IMG/VR virus record: IMGVR_UViG_3300025133_000049 | Location: 1 to 64,000 of that record | Origin: a virus | Reading direction: 5' to 3' (one strand) | DNA length: 64,000 nucleotides | Shown: positions 8,463-18,696 of the stretch, one piece after another | Position numbering within the stretch: the stretch's first letter is position 1 | Layout of the letters: each line of letters begins with the position of its first letter | Notes under the pieces: model-generated | The model's database searches: none | What the model was told of the DNA's origin: nothing | Seen by the model: only the letters and a program-made list of their open reading frames with translations | Made by a program: the position numbers and the translations under genes

Positions 8463-9827
8463 TTATTTCTTTTTTAATCCTTTCTTATCAAACCAAACCA
8501 CCTGTCGGGTAAAGTCATCGATACCTACTGTATGATGTTCTAATACAAAACCGGATCTACCTTTCTTGAAGTTCGTTTGAACCCACTCAGAACTAGGTGA
8601 GAATGCTGGATAGTTATTATAATCGAAATCATCAGAAGCAGCTGCATCAAATAAACATTGATGTGAGTCACCTTTACAGAATTGGATTTCTCCTTTACTA
8701 TATAGCTCCTCATACTTCAAGAACTGGTCAATCTTCTCAATATGTGCTGGTTTGATGTGTGGAGTAAATCCAAATTTCAAAGCTTCACCATCTTTACCAT
8801 GACATAAGACAAATACCTTATGATCGTGGAGATAATAATCCATAAACTTACGCATGTTCTTGATGTATACCTTCTTTCCATACTTTACCTCTAGTATTCT
8901 TTTAGCGGCTTCATTAACCATCCAACCAAAATCACCTGAATGATTGTCATCAGTTACATTGTAGCTAGCAATGTACTCATAATGAGCTACTAAAGCATCA
9001 ATTACCCAAACCTTAAAATTTACACCACATGTGAAAGCTTCTTGATTTGTCATTAGTTGCGGTAGTTTATGCCCTTTACGAACAGTCTCACCATTCAAAC
9101 CATCCATGAGATCTCCCAGGTCTTCTATATATAATATAGGCCCTGTTTGTTTCTCAATGATCTTTCTAGCCATAGTTAAAGCTCGAGCATAAATAGCACT
9201 ATCACTCCAATCAACTGGATACAAAGCTTTGCCTTTAGAATTAGGATCCATTCCAACATGAACATCCGTATAGGTTGCCCTATCCCAGTTATCCTCATGG
9301 AAAGTTTCATTAATCGTAGTAGGTACAACCTGTGCTATGGGTATATACTCAATATGACTTTTGACTAGCTCTTCCAGATACTCCTCAGTTAAATCTTCTC
9401 CTATAATAAGCTTGATTTCCTTAAACACAGTATTATAAAACGGTTTCCCAGTGTGGGTTACAGCTTTATAAGAAGTTAAATGTTTGTAAGGTAAATTAAA
9501 TTTGGTACAGTAAGCTTCAATATCTAAGTTCTGCCCAGATTCATAATCCCAAGAACTCATAAGCACTTGTCTTGCATCAGGATCTGATTCAGACGTATGC
9601 TTGGGTTTCTTAGAATACTCATTGGACGACGTGATAGTATCAGATGATACTTCAACTCCTGTCCTGTCAACTCCTCTCATGTTTACTACAGTAGCCCATT
9701 CTTCGGGGGTAATAGTATAACGTGGATTACCTGAATTATGCGCTAAGTCATACGACTCCACAGGTTTCACTGGGAGACCTAACCCCACAGCCTCCGATGG
9801 AGATAACCTTTTAGTTAATTTCTTCAT
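8463..9827 (-). CDS. calcineurin-like metallophosphoesterase
   Basis: TDVHVG, DLGDLMDG, DDNHSG, CHG and GDSHQ metal-binding motifs in order. Confidence 0.75.
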   Translation of the reverse strand: MKKLTKRLSPSEAVGLGLPVKPVESYDLAHNSGNPRYTITPEEWATVVNMRGVDRTGVEVSSDTITSSNEYSKKPKHTSESDPDARQVLMSSWDYESGQNLDIEAYCTKFNLPYKHLTSYKAVTHTGKPFYNTVFKEIKLIIGEDLTEEYLEELVKSHIEYIPIAQVVPTTINETFHEDNWDRATYTDVHVGMDPNSKGKALYPVDWSDSAIYARALTMARKIIEKQTGPILYIEDLGDLMDGLNGETVRKGHKLPQLMTNQEAFTCGVNFKVWVIDALVAHYEYIASYNVTDDNHSGDFGWMVNEAAKRILEVKYGKKVYIKNMRKFMDYYLHDHKVFVLCHGKDGEALKFGFTPHIKPAHIEKIDQFLKYEELYSKGEIQFCKGDSHQCLFDAAASDDFDYNNYPAFSPSSEWVQTNFKKGRSGFVLEHHTVGIDDFTRQVVWFDKKGLKKK

Positions 9828-9853
9828 AAATTTATTTTTTAATTACACTAGCA

Positions 9854-9861
9854 CAAATATA
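9854..9861 (-). promoter_or_regulatory. -7 promoter element TATATTTG
   Basis: Exact TAnnTTTG in the gap upstream of the phosphoesterase gene; -33 element not evident. Confidence 0.5.
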
Positions 9862-9864
9862 CGA

Positions 9865-10944
9865 CTATTTTTCATCTCTTATACATTGTCCTTTAGTTAC
9901 TTGGGCATGTCTGGGCATACCACCCTCTTTTACTGGTTTCATACCTGTGAACCGCACCCATTGCCCTACATAATCTGAAGGATCATTAAGCAGTTCTTCC
10001 TTTTCAGGATGACTCCATCCATTTAGTGATACTATAAGTTCTCTCCCGTCTTCCATTCGAACTCTAAATCCTTTACAAAACCCTCCTGGGATACGATCCT
10101 CTGCGAGTTTACTTGTAACAGATCTACCAAGTTCATTAGTAGTTTTGGGTGCACCAGGTCTAGCTACAGTGCCTTCTTCAGCATACATAACTTTACCATC
10201 AAACTCAAGCTTATTTTCTTTAGCTTTAAATGATGTCCCTGATTTCAGTGTATGTCTACCGTTCTTATAAGGTGTATCCTTATGAACACATACAAGTCCT
10301 TCATGACCATCCATAATAGCTTGATCATATGCTTGATAAAATGCATCGATATGATTTAACTTGAATTGCTTTACAGCTACAGCTACCTCAGTAGCTCCTT
10401 CTATCTCTGGGTCGGTACTAAGCGGCCACTGATCTGTAGGACGGATATCTCTAATTGCTTCATTGTACATCATATACCTATCAGCTTTACTAGCCGCAGT
10501 TGCATAATCAAATACATAAAACTTCAAGTCATCGTGCCAAGTACATAACCATTCTGGAGTTCTTCCAGGAAATGGCCATTCTTTAGTTGGATGTTGAAAT
10601 AGCTTCATCCACTTAGTATAATGCTTAGGGTCATCGATGTCTTCTACTTTAAAGAAGTGCATGATTTCACTAAACGTCATATTAGGTGAGTAAAACTCAG
10701 CTTCAAAACAACCTCCAAAGAGACCCATGTGTTGGTTGAACTCTGTAGCCATCTCTTGAATTTTAACAGATTTAAGTACTTTCATACTTCTACCTCTTGC
10801 AGGCTCCCCAGAGAACAACTCAACTCGAGCTCCATCTAGTTTGGTGGAGAACATAAATTCTTCTATAGGTTGTAACCTAGATTCCCAATCAGGTGCTTCA
10901 CCTGCTGGTTCATTAGGTAACAACTGTGGTTTAAATTTTTCCAT
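9865..10944 (-). CDS. lig: ATP-dependent DNA ligase
   Basis: STKLDGAR (motif I), FEAEF, FYVFD, HEGLV, YKNGR and FKAK motifs. Confidence 0.9.
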   Translation of the reverse strand: MEKFKPQLLPNEPAGEAPDWESRLQPIEEFMFSTKLDGARVELFSGEPARGRSMKVLKSVKIQEMATEFNQHMGLFGGCFEAEFYSPNMTFSEIMHFFKVEDIDDPKHYTKWMKLFQHPTKEWPFPGRTPEWLCTWHDDLKFYVFDYATAASKADRYMMYNEAIRDIRPTDQWPLSTDPEIEGATEVAVAVKQFKLNHIDAFYQAYDQAIMDGHEGLVCVHKDTPYKNGRHTLKSGTSFKAKENKLEFDGKVMYAEEGTVARPGAPKTTNELGRSVTSKLAEDRIPGGFCKGFRVRMEDGRELIVSLNGWSHPEKEELLNDPSDYVGQWVRFTGMKPVKEGGMPRHAQVTKGQCIRDEK

Positions 10945-10945
10945 A

Positions 10946-11470
10946 TTATATTTTTATAATTCTGTGTTCTATAAACCAATCAGCATGTGGCGCGTCAATT
11001 AACTCAGCGTCATCAGCAACCCAGTCGCCTATTAAACCCTGTAACAGGTTTCTTACTTGAGATGTTCTATCTAAGGCCTGTAATATAGGACTAGATAAGG
11101 TAAACACCCTGGATTTCTTATTGAATGGTAATGTAGAACTTTTATAAATCTTTTGTTTTGCCTCTTTACTCATATGTGAATATTTTCCTTTCACAAATAG
11201 CCTAGAGTCCTTGATGTGCTCCGACGGTATAGTAAATATTACGTATAGCTGTTCTTTTAATTCTAGTTCAGATATATAATATTTATTATGCCGATACGTT
11301 GGAGTAAGCATCTTTCTTCTGAGATGTACATATAACTTTAACCCATCCTTAGAGACCAATGTAGTTTTAAACGGTCTCCCGAATGTTTTCTTATTGATCC
11401 CTAATAATGGGAGTAAGTAGTATGTACATAAATTATCTCCTTTCGGAATAAATAAAGACATATTAATCAT
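10946..11470 (-). CDS. conserved crAss-like hypothetical protein
   Basis: YLLPLL...FVKGKYSHMSKEAK pattern; co-directional and abutting its neighbours. Confidence 0.7.
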   Translation of the reverse strand: MINMSLFIPKGDNLCTYYLLPLLGINKKTFGRPFKTTLVSKDGLKLYVHLRRKMLTPTYRHNKYYISELELKEQLYVIFTIPSEHIKDSRLFVKGKYSHMSKEAKQKIYKSSTLPFNKKSRVFTLSSPILQALDRTSQVRNLLQGLIGDWVADDAELIDAPHADWFIEHRIIKI

Positions 11471-11475
11471 GATTT

Positions 11476-12348
11476 TTAATTTAAACCGAATAGATCAGCA
11501 GCTGAAGGGCTACTCTCTTTGAATAACGAAGCTGTATCATCTACCGGTGCAACCAAGTGATTTGCATATTGATTCATGATAGTAAGGAGTTCTTTTGAAG
11601 CCTCTGCAGGCGCATAAGAATCATTTTTACCATTCAATAATCTAACCATTTGATAAGTTCGTATTGCTCGTTCTTTACCTATACGTAAACCATAGGCATC
11701 ACCATATGCTTGCATAACTACCTCAACCATCTCTTGTCTGGTTTTACAGTTTGCTAACATTTTCAATGCAGTTTTATCACCTACTCGTTGTATACCACAT
11801 AGTTCTCCTGGCATATCCGTGGGATCTCCAGTAAGAACTTGTCTGTATAAACAAAGGTCACCATAATATGGTGAAGACACTTGCCATCTATCCTCATTTT
11901 TCATATGAGCTTTAAATGGGTTATAGTGTGTACAAGGTATTTGTACCATATCCTTATCAGCAGAGACTACAACTACTTTGTCGTATCCTACATATCTGGC
12001 AAGGAATGCACATGCATCATCAGACTCTACGTGCTTGAGACCATACAACCCTGCTTCAATAAAAGCATCTATGATTGTAGGTTTCCAGCATTCTATAGCT
12101 TCTGATCGTTTTCTATGGCCTTTATACTCAGGTAAGATTTTATTTCTAAAGTTATCAAAGCCTTCTATTTGATAGAATCCTATGGTTGTTTTAGCTCTAG
12201 ATTGTTTTCTTACCTGATTTATAAAGGAGTGAACGTTACTCTTTGTTGCTTTAATGTTATCCCTGTTCCCGGCGCTAAATTGCTTATTGGCGACAATATG
12301 CAAAATAGAATCGAGATCAAGGATAGCAAGTTCATAATTAATCATCAA
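11476..12348 (-). CDS. 5'-3' exonuclease / flap endonuclease (stand-alone PolA N-terminal-type)
   Basis: ILDLDS, NFR..LPEYKGHR, ESDD, ADKDMVQIP and LTGDPTD..GIQRVGDKTA motifs. Confidence 0.9.
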   Translation of the reverse strand: MMINYELAILDLDSILHIVANKQFSAGNRDNIKATKSNVHSFINQVRKQSRAKTTIGFYQIEGFDNFRNKILPEYKGHRKRSEAIECWKPTIIDAFIEAGLYGLKHVESDDACAFLARYVGYDKVVVVSADKDMVQIPCTHYNPFKAHMKNEDRWQVSSPYYGDLCLYRQVLTGDPTDMPGELCGIQRVGDKTALKMLANCKTRQEMVEVVMQAYGDAYGLRIGKERAIRTYQMVRLLNGKNDSYAPAEASKELLTIMNQYANHLVAPVDDTASLFKESSPSAADLFGLN

Positions 12349-13480
12349 TAAGGTCTTCTAATTCATCCTCAAGTTTGCTAATAACTTCAGCTTTTTTATC
12401 GATAGCTTTTTTCATTAACTCTTTAAGTCTCTCTTCAGAAAGTTTACCATAATCAGAAGAATGATATTTACCTCTTAATTCAATGTCAGAATCCAAAATA
12501 TTATTTGGGAATAATGCATCTACTCTAATGGCTGATCCTTCACTCTGGAATGACAAGATATCAGATGGATTTACAAAACAAGTAAGTACGTGAGTACCAC
12601 ACTGTCTATAACAGTCAATATAACTTTGACCTCCAATATATAAACCACCACCACCAAAGCTATTGCTTAGGTTACGTGGAGCTTCTTCAGGAAGATATTG
12701 CATCTCACCTACTTTGTAAACATAACCTAACTGAGAACCTGAAAAGAATTTATGTCCACCACTCCAAATAGCTGGAGTAAATACCATATCTTCTTTAAAA
12801 TCAGCTTCTGGAAGTTTAGCTTCTTCAAGAATTTCACCTGTAACAGAATCCACTACTGGAGCGTGTTTAGGTAAATCTTTCTTAACTTTTGTCCAGTTCC
12901 CATATTCGTCTTCTTCCATTACATATTCCCAAGTTACTTGTTCTGCAACTTTATAGGTAGCCAATAGACCCTCATCCGTGATAGCGATATCATCAAATGT
13001 AGCTAATTCCTTAGCTGCTTCTTGAGTATATCCATCTTCTGCTACTATTTTCTCTGCCAACTCCCTATCTACGAATTTAGCATTAATATAAGTATCAAAA
13101 TAATTACCCATAACCTCGTTATATCTAGGGTTAGATAATAATCTAGCCCAAGCTTTCAATACTGGCATGAAGTCAATATCCATATCATAACTATCTTCAA
13201 TATACTTTACTAAAGCGGGAATGATTGGATGTTTAGATCTTTTATCACCTAGTTCTAGGAAATACTCCTTAGTTGATGGATTGTAGGATAGATACTCATT
13301 AGTACCTGCAATGATAGTACCTCTACTACCTTCTACATAAGCAAGAACTTCTTCTGCTGATGAGTCTTCTTCTTTAAAAGTTGATAAGGCTTTCAAAGTT
13401 TCTTCAGTTTTGGCAACGCTAAAAGGTTTCCCGTCTACTGATCCTGTAATTGTGTTTTCTAATTTTCGATAAATTAACAT
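12338..13480 (-). CDS. rIIB: rIIB-like protein
   Basis: ITDEGLLATYKV, GLYIGGQSY and VNPSDILS motifs; directly follows rIIA. Confidence 0.75.
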   Translation of the reverse strand: MLIYRKLENTITGSVDGKPFSVAKTEETLKALSTFKEEDSSAEEVLAYVEGSRGTIIAGTNEYLSYNPSTKEYFLELGDKRSKHPIIPALVKYIEDSYDMDIDFMPVLKAWARLLSNPRYNEVMGNYFDTYINAKFVDRELAEKIVAEDGYTQEAAKELATFDDIAITDEGLLATYKVAEQVTWEYVMEEDEYGNWTKVKKDLPKHAPVVDSVTGEILEEAKLPEADFKEDMVFTPAIWSGGHKFFSGSQLGYVYKVGEMQYLPEEAPRNLSNSFGGGGLYIGGQSYIDCYRQCGTHVLTCFVNPSDILSFQSEGSAIRVDALFPNNILDSDIELRGKYHSSDYGKLSEERLKELMKKAIDKKAEVISKLEDELEDLIDD

Positions 13481-15996
13481 GTCTCTTGATTTTTAAATAT
13501 GATAAATTCTTTTAATAATTCTATTGCTTTTTCATTTACACCCTGATAATGGCTAATGTCCAGCTGATTTAACAACGGTTCTATTTTGTCGAATCGTTTA
13601 AGTTCCGCTTCCAATGTATCTATGAACTCCTTGTCATAGGCTTCTACACTTAAAACGTCCTCTGTATTAAAGCATTCTTTTGCTTTAGCTGCAATTTCTT
13701 CTGGACTACCATCCGCTACTACATCTTGGAATACAGCTAATTTTTCCAAGTATGTTCTAATTTCCTCAGACACATCTGATTTCAATGCTTTCGAGAATAC
13801 CTCATCTAAATTACTATTACGCCCCTCTAAACGAGCTTTATAGTCATCTACATTAGTATTTTCTAATAACTTTTTCATCAATTGCATTTTATTAGCATAA
13901 TGTCCTCGTCCTTTTAGTAGCTTATAAAATCGATCCATTGTATTCAAGGATCTAAGCTCTTGTCCTAACATAACTTCTTTTGTTTCAGGGTTAAAGGTAT
14001 TAAAATAATCTGTAATAAATGTACAGTAAGGCGCAAAATGTTTAACAATTGGTTCAGCAACATAAATAACTCTAGTGTTAACTTTTTTATGGGTACCACT
14101 ATAATATTTACCTGCTTCAACTATCAATCCAAGATCTTTATATTTAGAGGTACATAGAACTGTTTCTATATCTTCCTTATCAAATGTTTCTCGAATATCA
14201 GCAATCTTAACTGTCAAATTACTATTCTCTCTAGAGTCTACACCATAGCTATCCATTCCAGTAATATATTTCTGACGATAGAATACCTCTTTATTCAATC
14301 TACGTAACTTAGCTAAAGCATTACCACTGGTAACACTAGCACCATCCAGGTTATCCTCATCATCAACATCTTCAACAAACTCAAATGTCATAGTATCAAG
14401 CTGTAAAGCTCTTGTATATAATAATTTATGAGTCCAAACCCCTACTTTAAATGTATTAAATTCTACATCGTTAAAAGTGACCTCATCCCTAAGTCTAGTA
14501 TTATTAGGTCTGATATATACGAAAGATTCAATATCATTATTATCCATGATACTTTGTGCTTTCTTTGGACCTAATGCAGAAGTATTAGCCTGAACTAATA
14601 TGGAATTAGCTATATTATTAAAGCTCTTTACACGGTTCTTAGAGATCCTTTTACCGTTTAATGAAACAGTATAAACATCATGCTTATAAAAGATAAGTTC
14701 AAATAACTCATCAGTTAATTCATGATTCATTTCTACGTCATCAATTGTAAACTTAGCTTTAGGCTTAATGTCTGACATATCCAAGAACTCAGAAAAGATA
14801 CGAGTAACTTTATCTGCACTTGATTTACGTAATTTAGCATACCTGTTATTGATCGATAATAAATCCTTTGCATCATCATCCTCACCTTCTAAGGCTTTCT
14901 TAGATACATGCGCTTTGGCTTCATTTTTCGCTCTTTTGATAGCTTCTTTAATAGTATCCTTAGTCTTTGAGGTCCATTTTAATGTCTCTCTAGATTGAGT
15001 AATATCTACATCAGTAGCCCTAACTCTAATAGCTAATTCACCTCGTCTTCTTTCCATTTCAAGTTCATCCCAAGAGATGTTCCCGTAACATATGCCGTCC
15101 ACTAAAATATGTGGTGCATAATATGGAGAGGATTCAGGTATAATGATATTGTCAGATTCATAATAAGGATTAGCATTCAACATTTCTGTTTTAACTGTCT
15201 TATCATAATACCCTTGAGGGTAAGTAAATCTAACTCTATCTTTAAAGTATAGGAACTGTTCTTTTACAGCACTAATAAAAGCTTGAGAATTATGCTTCTT
15301 TACTTCTAGAGTAATAGTAACTCCATTAGACTCTATAGTAGGCTCCCAGAAAATACTCCTTACTTGAGTTTCTCCATTAGCCATTTGTACTGTCCACCTT
15401 TCTTCTTTACCATCAGACTTCTCCATAGTTACTGGTTCATAATCTGTCTTATAGATCATGAATTTAGTACGGTATCCCTCATAGGTAGTTTCCATAGTGA
15501 AAAACTCTACACCTGTTGCTAGACCTGCTTTGGCACCTGCGCCAAATTTACCAATAACATCTTTCATGTTACGTTTAGAAGAGAACCCTAATTTAAAGAA
15601 TCCTTTTAATCTGGATCCACCTAGGCCAACACCTCTATCAGTCACACTAATTGTGTCTCTGTTATTCCCTTCTTTATACTTTACGTCGATAAAGTCTCTA
15701 CTTGACAAGTAGTCTCTATCGTAATACTCAACATTAAATCCCGAGTCTTTCAATAGTTTACCATCCTGTCTTTGCTCATAGTAATTCTCTTCAGGTTCTC
15801 CGTCAAGAATTTTTAGTGCAATATTCCTTTCAGTAACAGCGTCAAGGCCATTACTTATAGTTTCTCTTACGAAACTTTTAATCGGATAGGAGTACATATC
15901 CTCCTGGATAGCCTGGAAGACTAAGTCAATAGCCCCTTCGTCTATTTCCTTTTTAATCCCAACATCTCCGTTGTTAATTTGTTCTAATACTGCCAT
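13474..15996 (-). CDS. rIIA: rIIA-like protein with N-terminal GHKL ATPase domain
   Basis: MYSYPIKSFVRETISNGLDA, DRGVGL, SSKR..IGKFGAGAK and VDITQSRETL motifs. Confidence 0.8.
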   Translation of the reverse strand: MAVLEQINNGDVGIKKEIDEGAIDLVFQAIQEDMYSYPIKSFVRETISNGLDAVTERNIALKILDGEPEENYYEQRQDGKLLKDSGFNVEYYDRDYLSSRDFIDVKYKEGNNRDTISVTDRGVGLGGSRLKGFFKLGFSSKRNMKDVIGKFGAGAKAGLATGVEFFTMETTYEGYRTKFMIYKTDYEPVTMEKSDGKEERWTVQMANGETQVRSIFWEPTIESNGVTITLEVKKHNSQAFISAVKEQFLYFKDRVRFTYPQGYYDKTVKTEMLNANPYYESDNIIIPESSPYYAPHILVDGICYGNISWDELEMERRRGELAIRVRATDVDITQSRETLKWTSKTKDTIKEAIKRAKNEAKAHVSKKALEGEDDDAKDLLSINNRYAKLRKSSADKVTRIFSEFLDMSDIKPKAKFTIDDVEMNHELTDELFELIFYKHDVYTVSLNGKRISKNRVKSFNNIANSILVQANTSALGPKKAQSIMDNNDIESFVYIRPNNTRLRDEVTFNDVEFNTFKVGVWTHKLLYTRALQLDTMTFEFVEDVDDEDNLDGASVTSGNALAKLRRLNKEVFYRQKYITGMDSYGVDSRENSNLTVKIADIRETFDKEDIETVLCTSKYKDLGLIVEAGKYYSGTHKKVNTRVIYVAEPIVKHFAPYCTFITDYFNTFNPETKEVMLGQELRSLNTMDRFYKLLKGRGHYANKMQLMKKLLENTNVDDYKARLEGRNSNLDEVFSKALKSDVSEEIRTYLEKLAVFQDVVADGSPEEIAAKAKECFNTEDVLSVEAYDKEFIDTLEAELKRFDKIEPLLNQLDISHYQGVNEKAIELLKEFIIFKNQETC

Positions 15997-17035
15997 TTTC
16001 GTAATTATTAATTAATTGCTTTATATATTCAAGCACCCTAGCTTGTTGACCTAACTGTTTACCCGCTGAGTAAAAGTCTGTCGGATCTTTTTGTTTAATA
16101 TTTTCATCAAAGACGATCGGAATTAGCCAGGGATACAAATCTGTATAGCGCTTCTGTGCATTAATTCCTGCTTCGTCATTATCTAACCATATATAAACTC
16201 TCTTATACTTTTTGAATAGAACTTCCTTCATGAAATGATCACTTATATATGAGTTCTCGGAGGGTCCTGCTACGCATTCCCAACCAAAGTGTTCATATAA
16301 AAACATGATTTCCTTCATTGATTTAGTAATAATACAAAAGTCTTGTTCAAAACGCAGTTGCAATGCGCCTTCCACATAACCAGTTGCATAGTTATTTCGG
16401 AATTTGAACTTCTTATCTTCGAATGGATGATATATCTTATAGGTACCTAGAATTTCATAACTTATCGTTAAGGTTCTAGGGACTATAGTTACATGATCTG
16501 TTCCGATATAGTGCACTGCTTTAGGATTTTTACACTTATAGTACTGTCTGGTCTCAAAAGAGATATCCAGGTAATCCCAGTAGTTTAAGTAATCCTTTTT
16601 AGTTGCACCATCTGTTGTAATTGATATTGTAATAGGTTCCTTTCTAACCGGCGGCTTCTTAAGAAGATGTGGTTTGAAAGCTGCTACGTCTGCATCACCA
16701 AATCCTAAACCAAAATCAGAGTTTATCTGAAGTAAGGTTTCTCTTGGGTATGCGGGTTCTGCAACTCCACCTATCATTTGTGCGACAAAAGTAAATACAT
16801 CTCCAAAGTTACCAGTAGACTGGTCCTTGAACATGAGTTTATCTTCTTTAAATTTACTGTAAAACATAGAAAAACTAGGATCTGCATCACCTTGTCGCAG
16901 TGGGCTACTATACTTAGTATTTAGTTCTAACTCTTCTCCAATGTAAAAACTGAATATAGAGTAAGCATCTACATACTTGAGAATATTCGCCTGGGTCAGC
17001 TGGTTTTCTTCTACAAATTGTTTTAATATGTCCAT
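15974..17035 (-). CDS. dnaG: DNA primase (DnaG/TOPRIM, crAss type with cysteine-less Zn-finger-like N-terminus)
   Basis: SPLR..D..PSF...FKD..G..GDVF.FV N-domain; ITKSMKE, WLDNDEAG and KDPTD motifs. Confidence 0.85.
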   Translation of the reverse strand: MDILKQFVEENQLTQANILKYVDAYSIFSFYIGEELELNTKYSSPLRQGDADPSFSMFYSKFKEDKLMFKDQSTGNFGDVFTFVAQMIGGVAEPAYPRETLLQINSDFGLGFGDADVAAFKPHLLKKPPVRKEPITISITTDGATKKDYLNYWDYLDISFETRQYYKCKNPKAVHYIGTDHVTIVPRTLTISYEILGTYKIYHPFEDKKFKFRNNYATGYVEGALQLRFEQDFCIITKSMKEIMFLYEHFGWECVAGPSENSYISDHFMKEVLFKKYKRVYIWLDNDEAGINAQKRYTDLYPWLIPIVFDENIKQKDPTDFYSAGKQLGQQARVLEYIKQLINNYENGSIRTN

Positions 17036-17048
17036 GTTTATTTGGGTT

Positions 17049-17072
17049 AAAAGCCCCTACCGAAGTAAGGGC
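17049..17072 (-). terminator. cUUCGg-capped intrinsic terminator
   Basis: - strand GCCCTTAC-TTCG-GTAGGGGC-TTTT. Confidence 0.75.
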
Positions 17073-17091
17073 TCATTCATAACTATTCTCC

Positions 17092-17937
17092 CTATCCTTG
17101 TGCGCCGAAGAAGTCAGCTGCTGGGCCAGGGGCCGGAGCTGTCAAATCAGGTTGTGCAGTTGTAGGTTGTACAGGTGCTGCAGTAACAGGCGGTGTAATG
17201 CTCACTGCAGGTTCTACCGGAGCAGGTGTTTCTGCAACACCAAACAACTCAGCACCTTTTACGGCTTCTTCTGTGGTTGTTGTTGCTTCATCACCAGCTG
17301 CTGGATTAGGATCGTTTTTACCATTGTCAATTTCGTACTTGGTAAATGCAATCTTACTTGCTGCTTTAGGGATAGACATAGGTTCAATCCAAGTATCGAA
17401 AGAACTACGCGATATAACTGCATAATTCTTAAGTTTAGATTGTCTTAGAAACTTCATTCTAAAAGTTATACCTCCATTGTACGCATTAGCTTTAGCTAAA
17501 AAGTCTACAAACTTGTTACCAAGATTGGTTACTACTTTACCTAAAAATTCTTTATTAGTTAAAGCATTTACAGCTTTAGCCATTTGTTCAGGTGCAATAC
17601 CTAATCCGTCGAACATCTTAGTCCCACCGATGTATGAATCTACAGTTGCTTCAGGAGCATATAGCTTAGCTATAGTCATGAACTGATCTTTCATACGTAG
17701 TAAGTCTCCAGCAATATCAGCTGCAGTTCTTGGGTTGTTATTGAAATCTGTCAAGTTTGGGGGATAAAATCTAAAAGAAGACTTCATTACATCAGCAGTA
17801 GCATTAGATTGGAATGCGGCCAATAGAGCTGAATCATCCTGAATAGACTCAATAGCCAATTCCAAGGTTCCGTGCTCGTTTACTTTGGTATCACTTGATA
17901 ATTTCAAATTTTCGTGAATTCCTACTTGTATTAACAT
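17092..17937 (-). CDS. putative single-stranded DNA-binding protein
   Basis: Sits between the Sak4-like ATPase and primase; flexible P/A/T-rich tail ending in DFF; followed by a terminator. Function inferred from context only. Confidence 0.45.
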   Translation of the reverse strand: MLIQVGIHENLKLSSDTKVNEHGTLELAIESIQDDSALLAAFQSNATADVMKSSFRFYPPNLTDFNNNPRTAADIAGDLLRMKDQFMTIAKLYAPEATVDSYIGGTKMFDGLGIAPEQMAKAVNALTNKEFLGKVVTNLGNKFVDFLAKANAYNGGITFRMKFLRQSKLKNYAVISRSSFDTWIEPMSIPKAASKIAFTKYEIDNGKNDPNPAAGDEATTTTEEAVKGAELFGVAETPAPVEPAVSITPPVTAAPVQPTTAQPDLTAPAPGPAADFFGAQG

Positions 17938-17959
17938 ATATTATTATTTATTTAATTAA

Positions 17960-18676
17960 TTAATTTCCTTTATACTCGTTAATTGCATCCATTGCGGGTT
18001 TCAAATCATTCGGAATATGAATGTCATCAAAACAACCCAGTGGAGATTTAGCATGATATATACTGTTCTTGTTGGTTTGGAATACATACTCCGTACCTGA
18101 CTCAGTATCTTTCGTTAATGTATGAAAGATATACGTAAAGTAACTAGGTATATTGATAGTGTTTTCTAACAATTTACCAGGTGTTTTCAATGCGTGATAT
18201 CCTTGATCATTAATTGTAGTATGAGCAATCAAAATGACATTCAAATCCTCTCTTAGGTTTTGTAAGTCTTTAAAGATTGTGTCATATACATCTGCACCAA
18301 ACTGATTCCATCTCTGGAATGCAGCATTACCTGAATTCTGTCCCATAAACTGATTAGAGAATATACGAGCTGAAAAGTAATGAGTGAAGTCTTCAATAAC
18401 CAAATACTTGACATGTGGAACGCCTTCGGCTACTGCACGGATGAACTGCTTAATACCTACTTTCTCTTGTGGTAGTGCATTAGGGTCATCTGAGCCTCCT
18501 GTCAATTGGTTATTAATAAAGAGATTTGTTCCTCTCTTATAGTTCTTCGCATACCCTGGAAAAGGTAACGACTTCGCATTAGGACTAACTATAATAGTCT
18601 CTTGCGGTGGTAAATTTCTAAGGGAGCTTGATTTTCCTGTCCCAGATTTACCCATAATTAAAATTGGTTCTGCCAT
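17960..18676 (-). CDS. AAA_24 / Sak4-like ATPase (recombination/annealing)
   Basis: ILIMGKSGTGKSSSLRNL Walker A, LVIED Walker B, LIAH and AKSPLG motifs. Confidence 0.85.
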   Translation of the reverse strand: MAEPILIMGKSGTGKSSSLRNLPPQETIIVSPNAKSLPFPGYAKNYKRGTNLFINNQLTGGSDDPNALPQEKVGIKQFIRAVAEGVPHVKYLVIEDFTHYFSARIFSNQFMGQNSGNAAFQRWNQFGADVYDTIFKDLQNLREDLNVILIAHTTINDQGYHALKTPGKLLENTINIPSYFTYIFHTLTKDTESGTEYVFQTNKNSIYHAKSPLGCFDDIHIPNDLKPAMDAINEYKGN

Positions 18677-18696
18677 TTATTTTGATTATAATTATT

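Noticed and set aside
17098-17686. + strand ORFs 17098..17448, 17198..17425 and 17477..17686
   Set aside because: Antisense shadows of the Ala/Pro/Thr-rich 17092..17937 gene
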